Source: PVC group bacterium
Lineage (GTDB): Bacteria; Omnitrophota; Gorgyraeia; B26-G9
Length of the DNA: 64,000 bases
Assembly: GCA_024231215.1 (NCBI GenBank)
Contig: JAAEQR010000034.1
Coordinates: forward strand, 12,668-76,667
Direction of reading: 5' to 3'
Shown: positions 18,283 to 28,016 of the stretch, piece after piece
How the letters are laid out: every line of letters starts with the position of its first letter
Position numbering within the stretch: the first letter of the stretch is position 1
Translations under genes and position numbers: made by a program
The notes under the pieces: model-generated
What the model was told of the DNA's origin: nothing
Databases searched by the model: none
The model's input: the letters and a program-made list of their open reading frames with translations, nothing else

Positions 18283-18284
18283 AA

Positions 18285-20177
18285 TTAACCTCCTTGGTAT
18301 TTTTTAAATAATTCGAATAACAGGCTACTATCTTTTACATCTTTACCGTCAATAATAGCCGTTATTACCTTATTTTTTTCATCTATTATTTTTAACATAT
18401 CCTCTTCGATAGTGTTCTCGGAAACCAGATAATAAATATTAACATGATCTGCTGTTTGCCCTATCCTCTGGCACCTGTCCTCAGCTTGAATATGTAAAGC
18501 TGGCACCCAGTCTACTTCTAAGAATGCCACTGTGCTTGCAGCCGTTAATGTGATTCCTACTCCCGCAGCCTTTATGTTTCCAACAAAGATTTTTATTTCC
18601 GGATTTTCCTGGAATGAGTCAACCGCTTTCTGTTTCCTTTTTGGTGTATCTCTTCCATCAAGTTTAACAGCAATGTCCCCATATTTTTCCATTATAAAAT
18701 CAATAGTCTTATGATGAACCGCGAACAAAACTATTTTCTGATCAGTCTCCAGAAAATTATCTATCCATTCAGAAATATAATTCATCTTACCCGTAACCGC
18801 TAACTGGCGAAGCTTATTGAATTCTGCTAACACTCTTGCCATCTGAGCCCGTCTTGCAGCATCATCCCCTTCCAGACTTCTTATAAAGCTGACTATATCT
18901 GCTTTAGCCCTTTTGTATTCACTTCTATTGTTGATCTCCAAAGGAATAACAGTTTTAGTTTTTGGAGGCAACTCTTTCAATACATCTTCCTTTATTCTAC
19001 GGATCATAAAAGATTTTATAATGGAGTTTAATTTCTCAACATTGCTCGCTCCATTATACGTCCAGCCAAAGCCATTGTGTACAGGATTACAAAATTCCTG
19101 AGTATACCTAAACCAGTTTGGAAATAACTCAGGCTTAAGCATATTCAACCCTGTAAAAAATTCCGATGGTCTGTTCGTTATCGGTGTTCCGGAAACGCAT
19201 AGGATATGATCTATTCCATGAGCGAGAGAACATCCGGCTTTTGTCCTGTTTGCTTTTGGATTCTTAAGATAATGATGTTCGTCAAAAATTACTAATTGAG
19301 TGTTTATGTCCATTAAAAACTCTAAATAATCTTTTAATATATCGTAGTTGATTATTATTATGTTCTCGTCTCTTCCCCTTATCACTTCATGTCTGCCTTG
19401 AAAAATTCTATAATTTTCTTCCGGAACCCAGTCGTCCAGTTCTCTACTCCAATTTATTTTTAATGTTGCCGGACAAACAATTATAGCTGGTCTTAACTCT
19501 GGATTCATTTTCATATACAGGATAGCTTGCAGTGTCTTGCCTAGTCCCATATCATCAGATAGCAAAACTCGTCCATCTAATTCGTTCAAGCGCTTTATCC
19601 CTTCCACTTGAAAAGGGAAAGGGCTTTTACCGGAGAGACTAACCATTTTGCTAATATCATCTGTCATTAAGACAGTCGGCTTTTTCTCCTTTATTTCTCC
19701 TGTAATTGTAAAACCTAAATTCTTAACTTCTTTGACTGTGTACTCAGACACAGGAACACTCCACAACTTTTCTCTGGAGTGGTACTCCCGACCAGGCAAA
19801 TTTTTTACTTCTTGTAAAACTTTTACCCACTCTTCTTTTTTCGGTAGTTTAAATTCTAAATATATCCTGTTGTCTTTTATTTCAGCCTTCTTAATTTTTT
19901 CCGCTTTTGAATTCGTCGATCTCTTTTTTTTCTTCGGGTCTGGGATATTGTTGTATTCTATCCCCAGACTGGATAATTGTTTTCTGTACTTTCCCATCAT
20001 ACTGTAAGCTGCGATTGCCGTAAGCACTGTCCAATTATTCTCTCCATGGAGTTGTCTGGCGAATATAGTATCGTATTTGTTAAAACCTATCCCGTCAACT
20101 GTTCTCGCTCCATCACAATTAAATAAAATTGCACTTAAAGCTTCCCTCAATTCGATGTAATTTTCTTTTTCCTTCAT
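18285..20177 (-). CDS. SNF2-family (HARP/SMARCAL1-like) helicase
   Basis: DDMGLGKT, DEHH, SGTP, QAEDRCQRIGQ. Confidence 0.9.
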   Translation of the reverse strand: MKEKENYIELREALSAILFNCDGARTVDGIGFNKYDTIFARQLHGENNWTVLTAIAAYSMMGKYRKQLSSLGIEYNNIPDPKKKKRSTNSKAEKIKKAEIKDNRIYLEFKLPKKEEWVKVLQEVKNLPGREYHSREKLWSVPVSEYTVKEVKNLGFTITGEIKEKKPTVLMTDDISKMVSLSGKSPFPFQVEGIKRLNELDGRVLLSDDMGLGKTLQAILYMKMNPELRPAIIVCPATLKINWSRELDDWVPEENYRIFQGRHEVIRGRDENIIIINYDILKDYLEFLMDINTQLVIFDEHHYLKNPKANRTKAGCSLAHGIDHILCVSGTPITNRPSEFFTGLNMLKPELFPNWFRYTQEFCNPVHNGFGWTYNGASNVEKLNSIIKSFMIRRIKEDVLKELPPKTKTVIPLEINNRSEYKRAKADIVSFIRSLEGDDAARRAQMARVLAEFNKLRQLAVTGKMNYISEWIDNFLETDQKIVLFAVHHKTIDFIMEKYGDIAVKLDGRDTPKRKQKAVDSFQENPEIKIFVGNIKAAGVGITLTAASTVAFLEVDWVPALHIQAEDRCQRIGQTADHVNIYYLVSENTIEEDMLKIIDEKNKVITAIIDGKDVKDSSLLFELFKKYQGG

Positions 20178-20224
20178 AATTTATCCTACACCTTATATAT
20201 ATCACGCTTTTAATTTTGTCACAC

Positions 20225-20262
20225 AAAAAAAGCCCCTATTAAGCATTTTAATAGAGGCTTTT
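20225..20262 (-). terminator. Intrinsic terminator ending the early region
   Basis: Minus strand aaaagcctctattaa-aatgc-ttaataggggctttt hairpin with U-tract. Confidence 0.7.
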
Positions 20263-20509
20263 AATTAGGTTTATATCCCAAAAACATAAAATAATTTTTC
20301 AGCTTTCTTTTCTGTTTTTTTAATTTCTTCTTTGTTTTCACAAAGATCAAAGTCTAAGACAGAAACATCGGCATCTATGTCGTCACAATAAACCTCTTGA
20401 ACTATTCCGGTCTTTACAAATATAATTATTTTTGACATAATACTTTCTCCTTTTTAATAATTTTAAAACTTATGCCAGCCTGTTGAACAAGCTAGCATAA
20501 AGTCTAAAA

Positions 20510-20848
20510 CTACGATCCAATCTTTGTTTCGATTGTTGTCGGAGTCAGATAAACTTTTAAAAGTTTACCTGTAGTAAAGCCAGTCATACAGGCTAATTCC
20601 CTAACGGTCGCTATTGTATCACCACCGTCGTCGCCACCGTAGACCGCCCTCTTCTCTTCCCACCAATCGTCGTCTTTAGCGGGATTGATTCCTTTAGCAT
20701 AAACAATTTTTCTCTTTTCGGCTGGTTGATCAAAACACATTAAATATACTCCTTGATCGCCAACCAGAAAGATTTCTGCATCAATGCTTAAACCTGTAAC
20801 GAGATTTTTCACTTCATCCAGATTAAAATTTAAAATTGTTTTTGACAT
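20510..20848 (-). CDS. DUF3085-like protein
   Basis: LVGDQGVYLM...VYAKGINP..DDDWW....YGGDD. Confidence 0.7.
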   Translation of the reverse strand: MSKTILNFNLDEVKNLVTGLSIDAEIFLVGDQGVYLMCFDQPAEKRKIVYAKGINPAKDDDWWEEKRAVYGGDDGGDTIATVRELACMTGFTTGKLLKVYLTPTTIETKIGS

Positions 20849-21331
20849 AATACTTTCTCCTTTTTAATAATTTTATAAAGCTTACTCCTGTACTGATTAG
20901 TACAAGAGTAAAACTTATAAATCTCTTTTACGCCGTTCTAATATATCAATTGCTATTTGTTCAATTGTTGAACCACCAACAGACAACTCATTTTTCAATT
21001 CCTCAATGGTAATTTTATTATCGGTGTCATTATATTGATTAACCGATTTTAATAAATCATTTAGTGTATCTTCCATAATCTTTCTCCTTTTTAATAATTT
21101 TATAACGGCACATGATAGATTATCTCTGGAAAAGATTCTTCCATTTCTTCAATAGATAAACGATGTGCCTCCCAATCATGGATTGAATAATCTTGTTGTT
21201 GCATAGATTGATATGCTCCAATTAGATCGGCATAGGCACATTTGATTACTTCTTTTTGTTTGTCTGTCATAATTAAGACCTCCTTAATTTTATAAAGCTT
21301 ACTCCTGTACTGGAAAGTACAAGAGTAAAAC

Positions 21332-21835
21332 TTATAAATTATCGTTAATCTCTTCTTGTGTCCACTCTTGCCAACATAAGCCTAGAGACACGTCCCAGAC
21401 TTTGATTGGTTTAGTATCACAGATCAATATCCTTTTCTCGATCCGGTATTCCTCCTCACCATCATGATGGATCAATACATCCCCTTCCATTCTAAAAGAC
21501 ATGGGAGAATTATTGTTGCCGGTAAAATCTGTTGTATTTTCTATAAACTTTAAAATTTGATCTTTTTCCATCCACGGACATTCCCAGCCATTCCATTTGC
21601 AATTTGTATCTACATAAGCATCATAAATTCCGCCTTCTATGTAGTCGAAACCAACCTTGATTTTTTTGATGTCTGTTGGTAAAATTACATCCATCTCTAC
21701 AATATCACTTTTAGGAATAGAATAAGAAAACCCACCACCGAGAGGAAAACAGGAGATACAATCTTCCTTGACATCCTCATCCCTGTAATTGAAATAATAA
21801 GGCTTGCCGTTTTGTTCTACTTTGAGTATTTTCAT
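21332..21835 (-). CDS. Hypothetical early protein
   Basis: WNGWECPW...GLCW motif; GGAGG RBS. Confidence 0.65.
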   Translation of the reverse strand: MKILKVEQNGKPYYFNYRDEDVKEDCISCFPLGGGFSYSIPKSDIVEMDVILPTDIKKIKVGFDYIEGGIYDAYVDTNCKWNGWECPWMEKDQILKFIENTTDFTGNNNSPMSFRMEGDVLIHHDGEEEYRIEKRILICDTKPIKVWDVSLGLCWQEWTQEEINDNL

Positions 21836-21844
21836 AACCGCCTC

Positions 21845-22393
21845 CTATACCCAGACTTCATTGAGACCTTTTTTAATCTCAGTAAAGCCTAGTAAAATTC
21901 TTTTTCTTTCCCAGCCGATACTTCGAAGATATTTATATAAATCTTCTTTCTTTAATCTTTTACAAAAATTCTCTTTTTCCTTTTTCTTGATTTCTGTTGG
22001 CGGGTTAAAGAAAATGTCAACGATGTCCTGAGAATCTTGGGACATATTCAGAATCGTCGCATCAATAATGCTATTGACGTTTTCCTGTCTTTTATCTTCA
22101 ACTTGAAAATCATCAATGTCAACAATAATTCTCCTTTCCCAAAAATGGTTTTTTCCTTCTCTTCTTCTCTGTTCCCCAGACAATTCACGACATTTTGTAT
22201 AGAGTCCAAAGTATAAAGAGTTTGATAAAAAATTCTCAAACTTTCCAATTTTGGGATCAAAATTCTCAGCACACTGACAAAAAATTAAATTCGCCTCAGA
22301 CAAAATCTCTTCTCTTTCCAAGCGATTTTTTCTCATCACTGAAGATACTGCACGATCAATAATAGGCTTTGAATCTAGATAAAGTTTTTCCAT
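21845..22393 (-). CDS. Phage sigma-factor-like protein
   Basis: EREEILSEANLIFCQCAENFDPKIGKFENFL resembles sigma70 region 2. Confidence 0.6.
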   Translation of the reverse strand: MEKLYLDSKPIIDRAVSSVMRKNRLEREEILSEANLIFCQCAENFDPKIGKFENFLSNSLYFGLYTKCRELSGEQRRREGKNHFWERRIIVDIDDFQVEDKRQENVNSIIDATILNMSQDSQDIVDIFFNPPTEIKKKEKENFCKRLKKEDLYKYLRSIGWERKRILLGFTEIKKGLNEVWV

Positions 22394-22479
22394 AATGTTA
22401 CCCTCTTATAATAGTTTTTAAGATTTATAAAAATCTTATGTAAGGCTATTAAAAATTAATAGCCTTACCATAATGACTT

Positions 22480-22698
22480 TTAGTGATTTTTTTCGATCCC
22501 ATCAATTTCGATGATCTGAGAATTGGTTATTTTAACCAAACTGTCTATAATTCTATCTGCCTCCACTTCCGATGCACAATCATATTGACCGATGTATTCA
22601 CAGTGGTAATCTAAAAAATATACATCATAAGCATATGATCCGTCGGTCAACTTTAATTTTACCTTTTGGATTTTTTCTACTCGTTGTGTATCTCCCAT
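22480..22698 (-). CDS. Hypothetical early protein
   Basis: Bounded by repeated spacers with RBS. Confidence 0.6.
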   Translation of the reverse strand: MGDTQRVEKIQKVKLKLTDGSYAYDVYFLDYHCEYIGQYDCASEVEADRIIDSLVKITNSQIIEIDGIEKNH

Positions 22699-22741
22699 AA
22701 TGTTGCCCTCTTATAATAATAGTTTTTAAAGTTTTAATTGA

Positions 22742-23050
22742 TTAAATATTAAATCCAAGTGCTTTCCTAACTTTTTTCGTCAAACTACCTTTATAATCTT
22801 TATTATGGGTAGTACAAATTTTTCCTTGGATTCTGTCATATAGCCACGCACCGGATAAAATTAAACTATCGGTCAATTCTTCAATTTCTTTGACTTGATA
22901 TTGAATATCTGAATTATCTAAAGAATCGTTATTCTGTAAATATTCGCTAACTGCCTCAACCATTTTATAATGTACTTCTTTTTGAAAATGGTTGTGTAAT
23001 TGCTTAAGCCTTTTTTTTAGTTGCTTTTGTGTTTTAATCATAATAATCAC
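22742..23050 (-). CDS. Hypothetical early protein
   Basis: Bounded by repeated spacers with RBS. Confidence 0.6.
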   Translation of the reverse strand: MIIMIKTQKQLKKRLKQLHNHFQKEVHYKMVEAVSEYLQNNDSLDNSDIQYQVKEIEELTDSLILSGAWLYDRIQGKICTTHNKDYKGSLTKKVRKALGFNI

Positions 23051-23081
23051 CTTTTTAATAATAATAGTTTTTAAAGTTTAA

Positions 23082-23573
23082 TTAATGTAAATCACCATTT
23101 TCAAGATATTCATAATTATTCATTATTGAATGTTCATTAAATTCATCAATTGACATTCTATAATCGAGTGTTGAATATCCGTCCTTTTCAATTTTGTAAC
23201 AAATATCATCGAAAATAGACTTGAATTCAATTTCTGTGTCCTCATCTGTACCCTCATCAAAAAAAATATTAACGCTATTCCGATGAGAATAACGTCCTAT
23301 ATGTTTTATTGTAATATCGTTTTTTTTCCATTGAAATTGACCAATAAAACAAGCTCCATCTCCTTGACGATAGGATAGAGAATAATATACTTTTAAATCG
23401 TCAAAAGTTATATTATTCTCATCTAACAAATATTTACAATATTCTGTCAGGTCTTCTGGTAAAAAAGGATAATCTTCTAGTTCATACCATTTTTCAATAG
23501 CTTTTTCTTGACTTTCTCTAGACAGTTCGCTGAATTCATAAATAATAATTTCTTCTTTTCTCATAATAATCAC
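23082..23573 (-). CDS. Conserved-looking phage early protein
   Basis: IYEFSELSRESQEKAIE...SYRQGDGACF...NNYEYLENG. Confidence 0.65.
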   Translation of the reverse strand: MIIMRKEEIIIYEFSELSRESQEKAIEKWYELEDYPFLPEDLTEYCKYLLDENNITFDDLKVYYSLSYRQGDGACFIGQFQWKKNDITIKHIGRYSHRNSVNIFFDEGTDEDTEIEFKSIFDDICYKIEKDGYSTLDYRMSIDEFNEHSIMNNYEYLENGDLH

Positions 23574-23654
23574 CTTTTTAATAATAATAGTTTTTAAGAT
23601 TATAAAAATCTTATGTAAGACTATTAAAAATTAATAGCCTTACCATAATGACTT

Positions 23655-23975
23655 TTAAAGGTTAGGATCAAAACCGTTTTCGAGGCAATCTCTTTTTAAT
23701 CCGTCCTTAACATTCCAGAGAATCGGGTAATTGTTGTTCATTTCATATTGTCTATAATCTTTCTCTGGAATCCAACCACTCTTCACCATTGCCAGCAATG
23801 CCGTTTCTTTGTATTGTTCTCCGTAACCATATTCAAAAGGGCAATACAAAACCTTGCTATCGCTAGCCCTTACAATTCTCGCTGAATGGTAAGTGTTGCC
23901 GTTAATCTTGTCAAACCATCGGCAACCAGTGACAAAAAACTTGAGTTCTCTTTTTGTTGTCTTTTCGTTGTACAT
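23655..23975 (-). CDS. Conserved-looking phage early protein
   Basis: WFDKINGNTYHS...PFEYGYGEQY; AAGGAG RBS. Confidence 0.65.
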   Translation of the reverse strand: MYNEKTTKRELKFFVTGCRWFDKINGNTYHSARIVRASDSKVLYCPFEYGYGEQYKETALLAMVKSGWIPEKDYRQYEMNNNYPILWNVKDGLKRDCLENGFDPNL

Positions 23976-23997
23976 AATTCTTTCTCCTTTTTAATAA

Positions 23998-24240
23998 AGT
24001 TCTCGCCTTCCGAGTTCTCGCCTTCCGAGTTCTCGCCTTCCGAGTTCTCGCCGAGTGTAACGAAAATTCTCAAAACCAAAAATCCTGGATTTTCGAAATT
24101 TTTTCCAGCACCGAAAAGAAACATTTTTTGATGTTTCTGCAGCACCGAAAAGAAACATTTTTTTGATGTTCCTAGACTATCCCGAAAATTTTCAGAATCG
24201 AAAAAACCAGGTTTTTCGAAATTTGAAATTTTTTAAAAAA
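23998..24240. repeat. Tandem and direct repeat cluster
   Basis: AGTTCTCGCCTTCCG x3 plus a partial copy (23998-24052); CAGCACCGAAAAGAAACATTTTTT x2 (24106, 24140); TTTTCGAAATTT x2. Confidence 0.9.
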
Positions 24241-24320
24241 CCCTTAATAATAAATTTAAGATTTATAAAAATCTTATACCTAGCTATCAATAATAAAAAT
24301 TGATAGCTAGTTACAAAATT

Positions 24321-25220
24321 TTAATCATTTTCTTTATAATCTACATTGTTATTATAATGTAGATTATTAGAATATTCATTTTCACAAAATTCAATGCAAG
24401 TTTCACAAAGTAATAATCCCTCATACGCCTCTAAATCATCAACTTGATGATCAGTGTCGCAAAATTCGCATTTTGTGACAACATTTTTATCAGCGTATTT
24501 TGATTTATTACTTTTTTTACCGTAAACTTGACCAGTATATTTATTATAATCATAACCACTTCCATAAACACTCCCGCAAAATCGATCATAATAATCGTTT
24601 GACATATACTTATTTTTATAAGTATATTTCTCTTGTTTATAAGTAGTGTTGGAATAATAAATATTTTTGTCTTTTTCAAAATCACCAAAAGAAAATAAAT
24701 ATCCTTTTTCGTCAAGTGCTATAACTCTAGATCCTTTTAAAGATATTTTCAACAATTTTTTAATATGATCTTTTTCAAAATCACAATTAGAAAAATTTGC
24801 TAAAATGTCTTTCACGAAAATTTGAGAATCTGACAAATTTTCATTTTTTTTGTCAGTAATGGAGATAACTCCATTGTGTGCAAAACCTTTTTCGCTGATA
24901 ATTTCAGTACTTTGTAATAATGAAATATTGTCAGTGATAGGAAAAGGATGACAATTTTCCGCCTTTACTTTTCCCGCGGTTGCTATCCTAGCGTGAATAA
25001 CTATACTGACATCCTGTTCATGTAATCCAAAATCAAAAAGTTTTGCATTCAAACTTTTCCTTAATGCTTTCGCACTTGAAAAACCTTTTTTAATAAATAC
25101 TCCTTTACTGGGAATATTAAACATATAACCAGCGCCATCGGGATTATTTATCAAACAATTTTTAACAATACTGTTATCCGGTAAAAATTGCTTTTTCGGT
25201 TTGTAAATAATAATACACAT
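24321..25220 (-). CDS. Class II (Ntn) glutamine amidotransferase with C-terminal Zn ribbon
   Basis: N-terminal MC, NPDGAG, HARIAT, CHPF, AHNG, SDS. Confidence 0.85.
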   Translation of the reverse strand: MCIIIYKPKKQFLPDNSIVKNCLINNPDGAGYMFNIPSKGVFIKKGFSSAKALRKSLNAKLFDFGLHEQDVSIVIHARIATAGKVKAENCHPFPITDNISLLQSTEIISEKGFAHNGVISITDKKNENLSDSQIFVKDILANFSNCDFEKDHIKKLLKISLKGSRVIALDEKGYLFSFGDFEKDKNIYYSNTTYKQEKYTYKNKYMSNDYYDRFCGSVYGSGYDYNKYTGQVYGKKSNKSKYADKNVVTKCEFCDTDHQVDDLEAYEGLLLCETCIEFCENEYSNNLHYNNNVDYKEND

Positions 25221-25316
25221 AATAGTTAACCCTTTTTAATAATAAATTTAAGATTTATAAAAATCTTATACCTAGCTATCAATAATAAAAATTGACAGCT
25301 AGCTACAAAATTTCAA

Positions 25317-26615
25317 TTAAATTCCCTTTTCAATACAAGCTTGCAAAAATTGCTTGTATTTTAATTTTCTAGCCATTTCAAGAACATTTTGCCAGTTCAT
25401 TTTTTGAATTGACATTATACTATCATTTTCGGCGATAATAGCAATCAAATTAGTTAATTGCATAAATCCAATTAAAGAATTTATTTTTAATGTTCCGCGC
25501 CATAATCTAAACTCAATTGTTGAAATGGGTATTAAATTAACACTTTGATAGCGTCCTTGCTTGACATTTTTTTCTTTAATGCCAGTGACAAGCTTTTTAT
25601 TTAATTTTCCTAGATCTTCATTTTTATGACAATAATTCAGATTATTTCTTTTTGAGAAAAGAAATAAATGTTGCCACAATTTCTCGAAAATTAAACAAAT
25701 TTTAGTTGCTGACAATTCATAATTTGAAAAATATTGACGATTTACATGGATATGAAATCCACAATTTCCCGAATTATGAGAAACGGCATTATAATCACGA
25801 CATATTTCAACTAATTTTTGTAAAGGGAATTTATTGACAAAAAAATCTAGAGTGCAAGGTTGTGAACAAATTTCAATTCCTAGATCTGACAATGAACCGT
25901 CTGTTTTTAAATAAAAATATTTTTCATTTTCACTTAAATTATATAATTCATAAACTAAATCGGGTACATTATCAATTTTTTCAATCTCTAGCTCCCAACC
26001 TAAAAACAAGTCAGTTGCTTTTTTTTGTGAAATGGAATGAAAAGTCATTCTATTCGGTGTATAATCATAATTATGTAAGTGTTCAATGCACCCATGATCA
26101 TTATAGCAATCTTCACAATAAGATCGGTGACATGATTCACAATAATAAGATTGATCATCGTGATATAAATCACCACAACGTGAACACGTAAAGTATTCTT
26201 CTAGACAATTTTCGCATAAACAATGATCATTATTATAATGATAATGATCATTGTCCCGATGTATATCACATTCACAACTATCACAAACTAGGTAATCATT
26301 TTCATAACAAGTTTGACAAACTATTCTATTTCCATCATTTATAGAAATAGAATCATCATTAAGATGAACATTTCCGCAATCGTCACACTCAAAAAATAAT
26401 TCCTCAAAACATTCTTCACAATAATTTTTTCTGTTAATTCGCTGTAGATTTTCCCTATCTCTTTCAAAATGTTCCTTACAATGACTACACTTAAAAACAT
26501 TGTTTTTAAAACATTCTGAACAATAAGAAAAATCCTCATTGTGATATTCAGTTACAACTTGTCCACAACTAGAACAAACTTTTTCCGCTTGTACTTCTTT
26601 TTCCTCTTTTTCCAT
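25317..26615 (-). CDS. Putative amidoligase (COOH-NH2 ligase) with N-terminal CxxC repeats
   Basis: GWELEIE, KTDGSL, GIEICSQP, CGFHIHV, RYQSVN, TIEFRLWRGT. Confidence 0.85.
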   Translation of the reverse strand: MEKEEKEVQAEKVCSSCGQVVTEYHNEDFSYCSECFKNNVFKCSHCKEHFERDRENLQRINRKNYCEECFEELFFECDDCGNVHLNDDSISINDGNRIVCQTCYENDYLVCDSCECDIHRDNDHYHYNNDHCLCENCLEEYFTCSRCGDLYHDDQSYYCESCHRSYCEDCYNDHGCIEHLHNYDYTPNRMTFHSISQKKATDLFLGWELEIEKIDNVPDLVYELYNLSENEKYFYLKTDGSLSDLGIEICSQPCTLDFFVNKFPLQKLVEICRDYNAVSHNSGNCGFHIHVNRQYFSNYELSATKICLIFEKLWQHLFLFSKRNNLNYCHKNEDLGKLNKKLVTGIKEKNVKQGRYQSVNLIPISTIEFRLWRGTLKINSLIGFMQLTNLIAIIAENDSIMSIQKMNWQNVLEMARKLKYKQFLQACIEKGI

Positions 26616-26712
26616 AATATTTAACCCTTTAAATAATTATAAATTTAAGGTTATAAAAACCTTATAACTAACTATCAAAAATTATTTGATAGTTAGATAC
26701 AAAATTTTAAAA

Positions 26713-26988
26713 TTAAACAGACTCGGATAATATGCAATCTAGACAATAATTTTTCCCATTTATTTTATTTGTCTTTTCTTTATATCTTTCAAAATATCCA
26801 TTGCAATGGCTACACTTAAAAATATTTTTTAGATACGTTTTTTCTTTTCGGTCAAATAATGTAATCTCTTTCCAAATTTTGTTATTTGACTTAACATTAA
26901 AACGATCAATCGCCTGTTTTTTATAACAGTATGTCCACTCATAAACCGTTCCGCCATTTCGTACCATTGTTATTAAAAATCTTTTCAT
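26713..26988 (-). CDS. Small protein carrying a copy of the amidoligase Zn repeat
   Basis: NIFKCSHCNGYFER...INGKNYCLDC vs NVFKCSHCKEHFER...INRKNYCEEC. Confidence 0.65.
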   Translation of the reverse strand: MKRFLITMVRNGGTVYEWTYCYKKQAIDRFNVKSNNKIWKEITLFDRKEKTYLKNIFKCSHCNGYFERYKEKTNKINGKNYCLDCILSESV

Positions 26989-27235
26989 AATATTTAACCC
27001 TTTAAATAATTATAAATTTAAAGTTTATAAAAAACTTTATAACTAACTATCAAATAATATTGATAGTTAGATACAAAATTTTATTAAGCTATTTTTTGCC
27101 TGATTGCATTACGTCTAGAAAAAACTTTACCATTTTTATCAACTTCAAAAATGGTTTGAACATAAATAATTTTATTTCTTAAGTCTACAGCTTTTATCCA
27201 TTTTGTTTTTTTGATAATTTTCATTTTTTTTATTC

Positions 27236-27610
27236 CTAGATTATATCATATTTACGGAAAAGAGAAAAAACTTTACTTGTAATAAAATTAAAATAATTAA
27301 AAATTATTTTATCTTTATCATCATTACAAAGTTTGATATTTTCCCAATTTTCAAAAAGTGAAACAATATCTTTTTCAGATTTAGCAATTTTAAAACAGGA
27401 ACTTTTATTGGAAAGCCACTCTTTAAAGGCTAATTGTTTAGTTAGCCCTTTATATGGTTTTATTCGATAATAACCATACTGTTCCATAAAAATATCATGT
27501 AGAAATTCAAGCTTTGAAGCATTGGTCAAATTGCCGTAAAAATAATTGCTATGATCAATACTATCTAAAATATACTTACTACTTTTTTGATATAACTTTT
27601 CATTAGACAT
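27236..27610 (-). CDS. Hypothetical early protein (first gene of the left arm)
   Basis: Likely start MSNEK after GGGG RBS and spacer hairpins. Confidence 0.6.
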   Translation of the reverse strand: MSNEKLYQKSSKYILDSIDHSNYFYGNLTNASKLEFLHDIFMEQYGYYRIKPYKGLTKQLAFKEWLSNKSSCFKIAKSEKDIVSLFENWENIKLCNDDKDKIIFNYFNFITSKVFSLFRKYDII

Positions 27611-27987
27611 AATAAGCCCCTTTTTTAATTTAATATTTAAACATAAAATCATTTTAATAATTATAAAATGACTTTATGTAAAAACATTATAAATAATGTT
27701 TTTACAACTAATTACATTGAAATCTGAAATATACAATTAAAAAATGCATATCGCTTGTAATTAGATTTTAGGGTTTTTATTATGTTAAAGGGTTTTGATT
27801 GGGATTACTTTATTTGATTTACTTGCTTTTTGCAAATTTCCGGTTTGCCCGTTTTCAATCAATCAAGATGTTTAAAACATCTTTTTTTTCATCCGTATAT
27901 TTTCAAAGATCAATAGTTAAAAACAACTATTTTGAAATAAACATTTAACATATAAAATCATTAAATATTTATTTACTAACTGTATAT

Positions 27988-28016
27988 AGTATCGCTATAT
28001 ATAGTCAATTTGTCAA
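27988..28016 (-). promoter_or_regulatory. Sigma70-type early promoter, probably strong
   Basis: TTGACA (28016-28011)-17 nt-GATACT (27993-27988), A/T-rich upstream tract. Confidence 0.65.

Larger units (their letters stand above)
20434..27710 (-). repeat. Family of repeated intergenic hairpin-RBS spacers in the early region
   Basis: Near-identical pairs at ~20875/~21290, ~22400/~23575, ~24241/~25230, ~26613/~26986; shorter copies at 20434, 21075, 22696, 23041, 27610. Confidence 0.85.

Noticed and set aside
82-20007. Many plus-strand ORFs in the left arm, and minus-strand ORFs in the right arm
   Set aside because: Antisense shadows of well-supported genes, with no motifs or RBS.
23870-24145. 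ORFs with SEGEN or SPSEF repeats
   Set aside because: They are translations of the 15-bp tandem repeat, lack an RBS and overlap the real gene 23655..23975.
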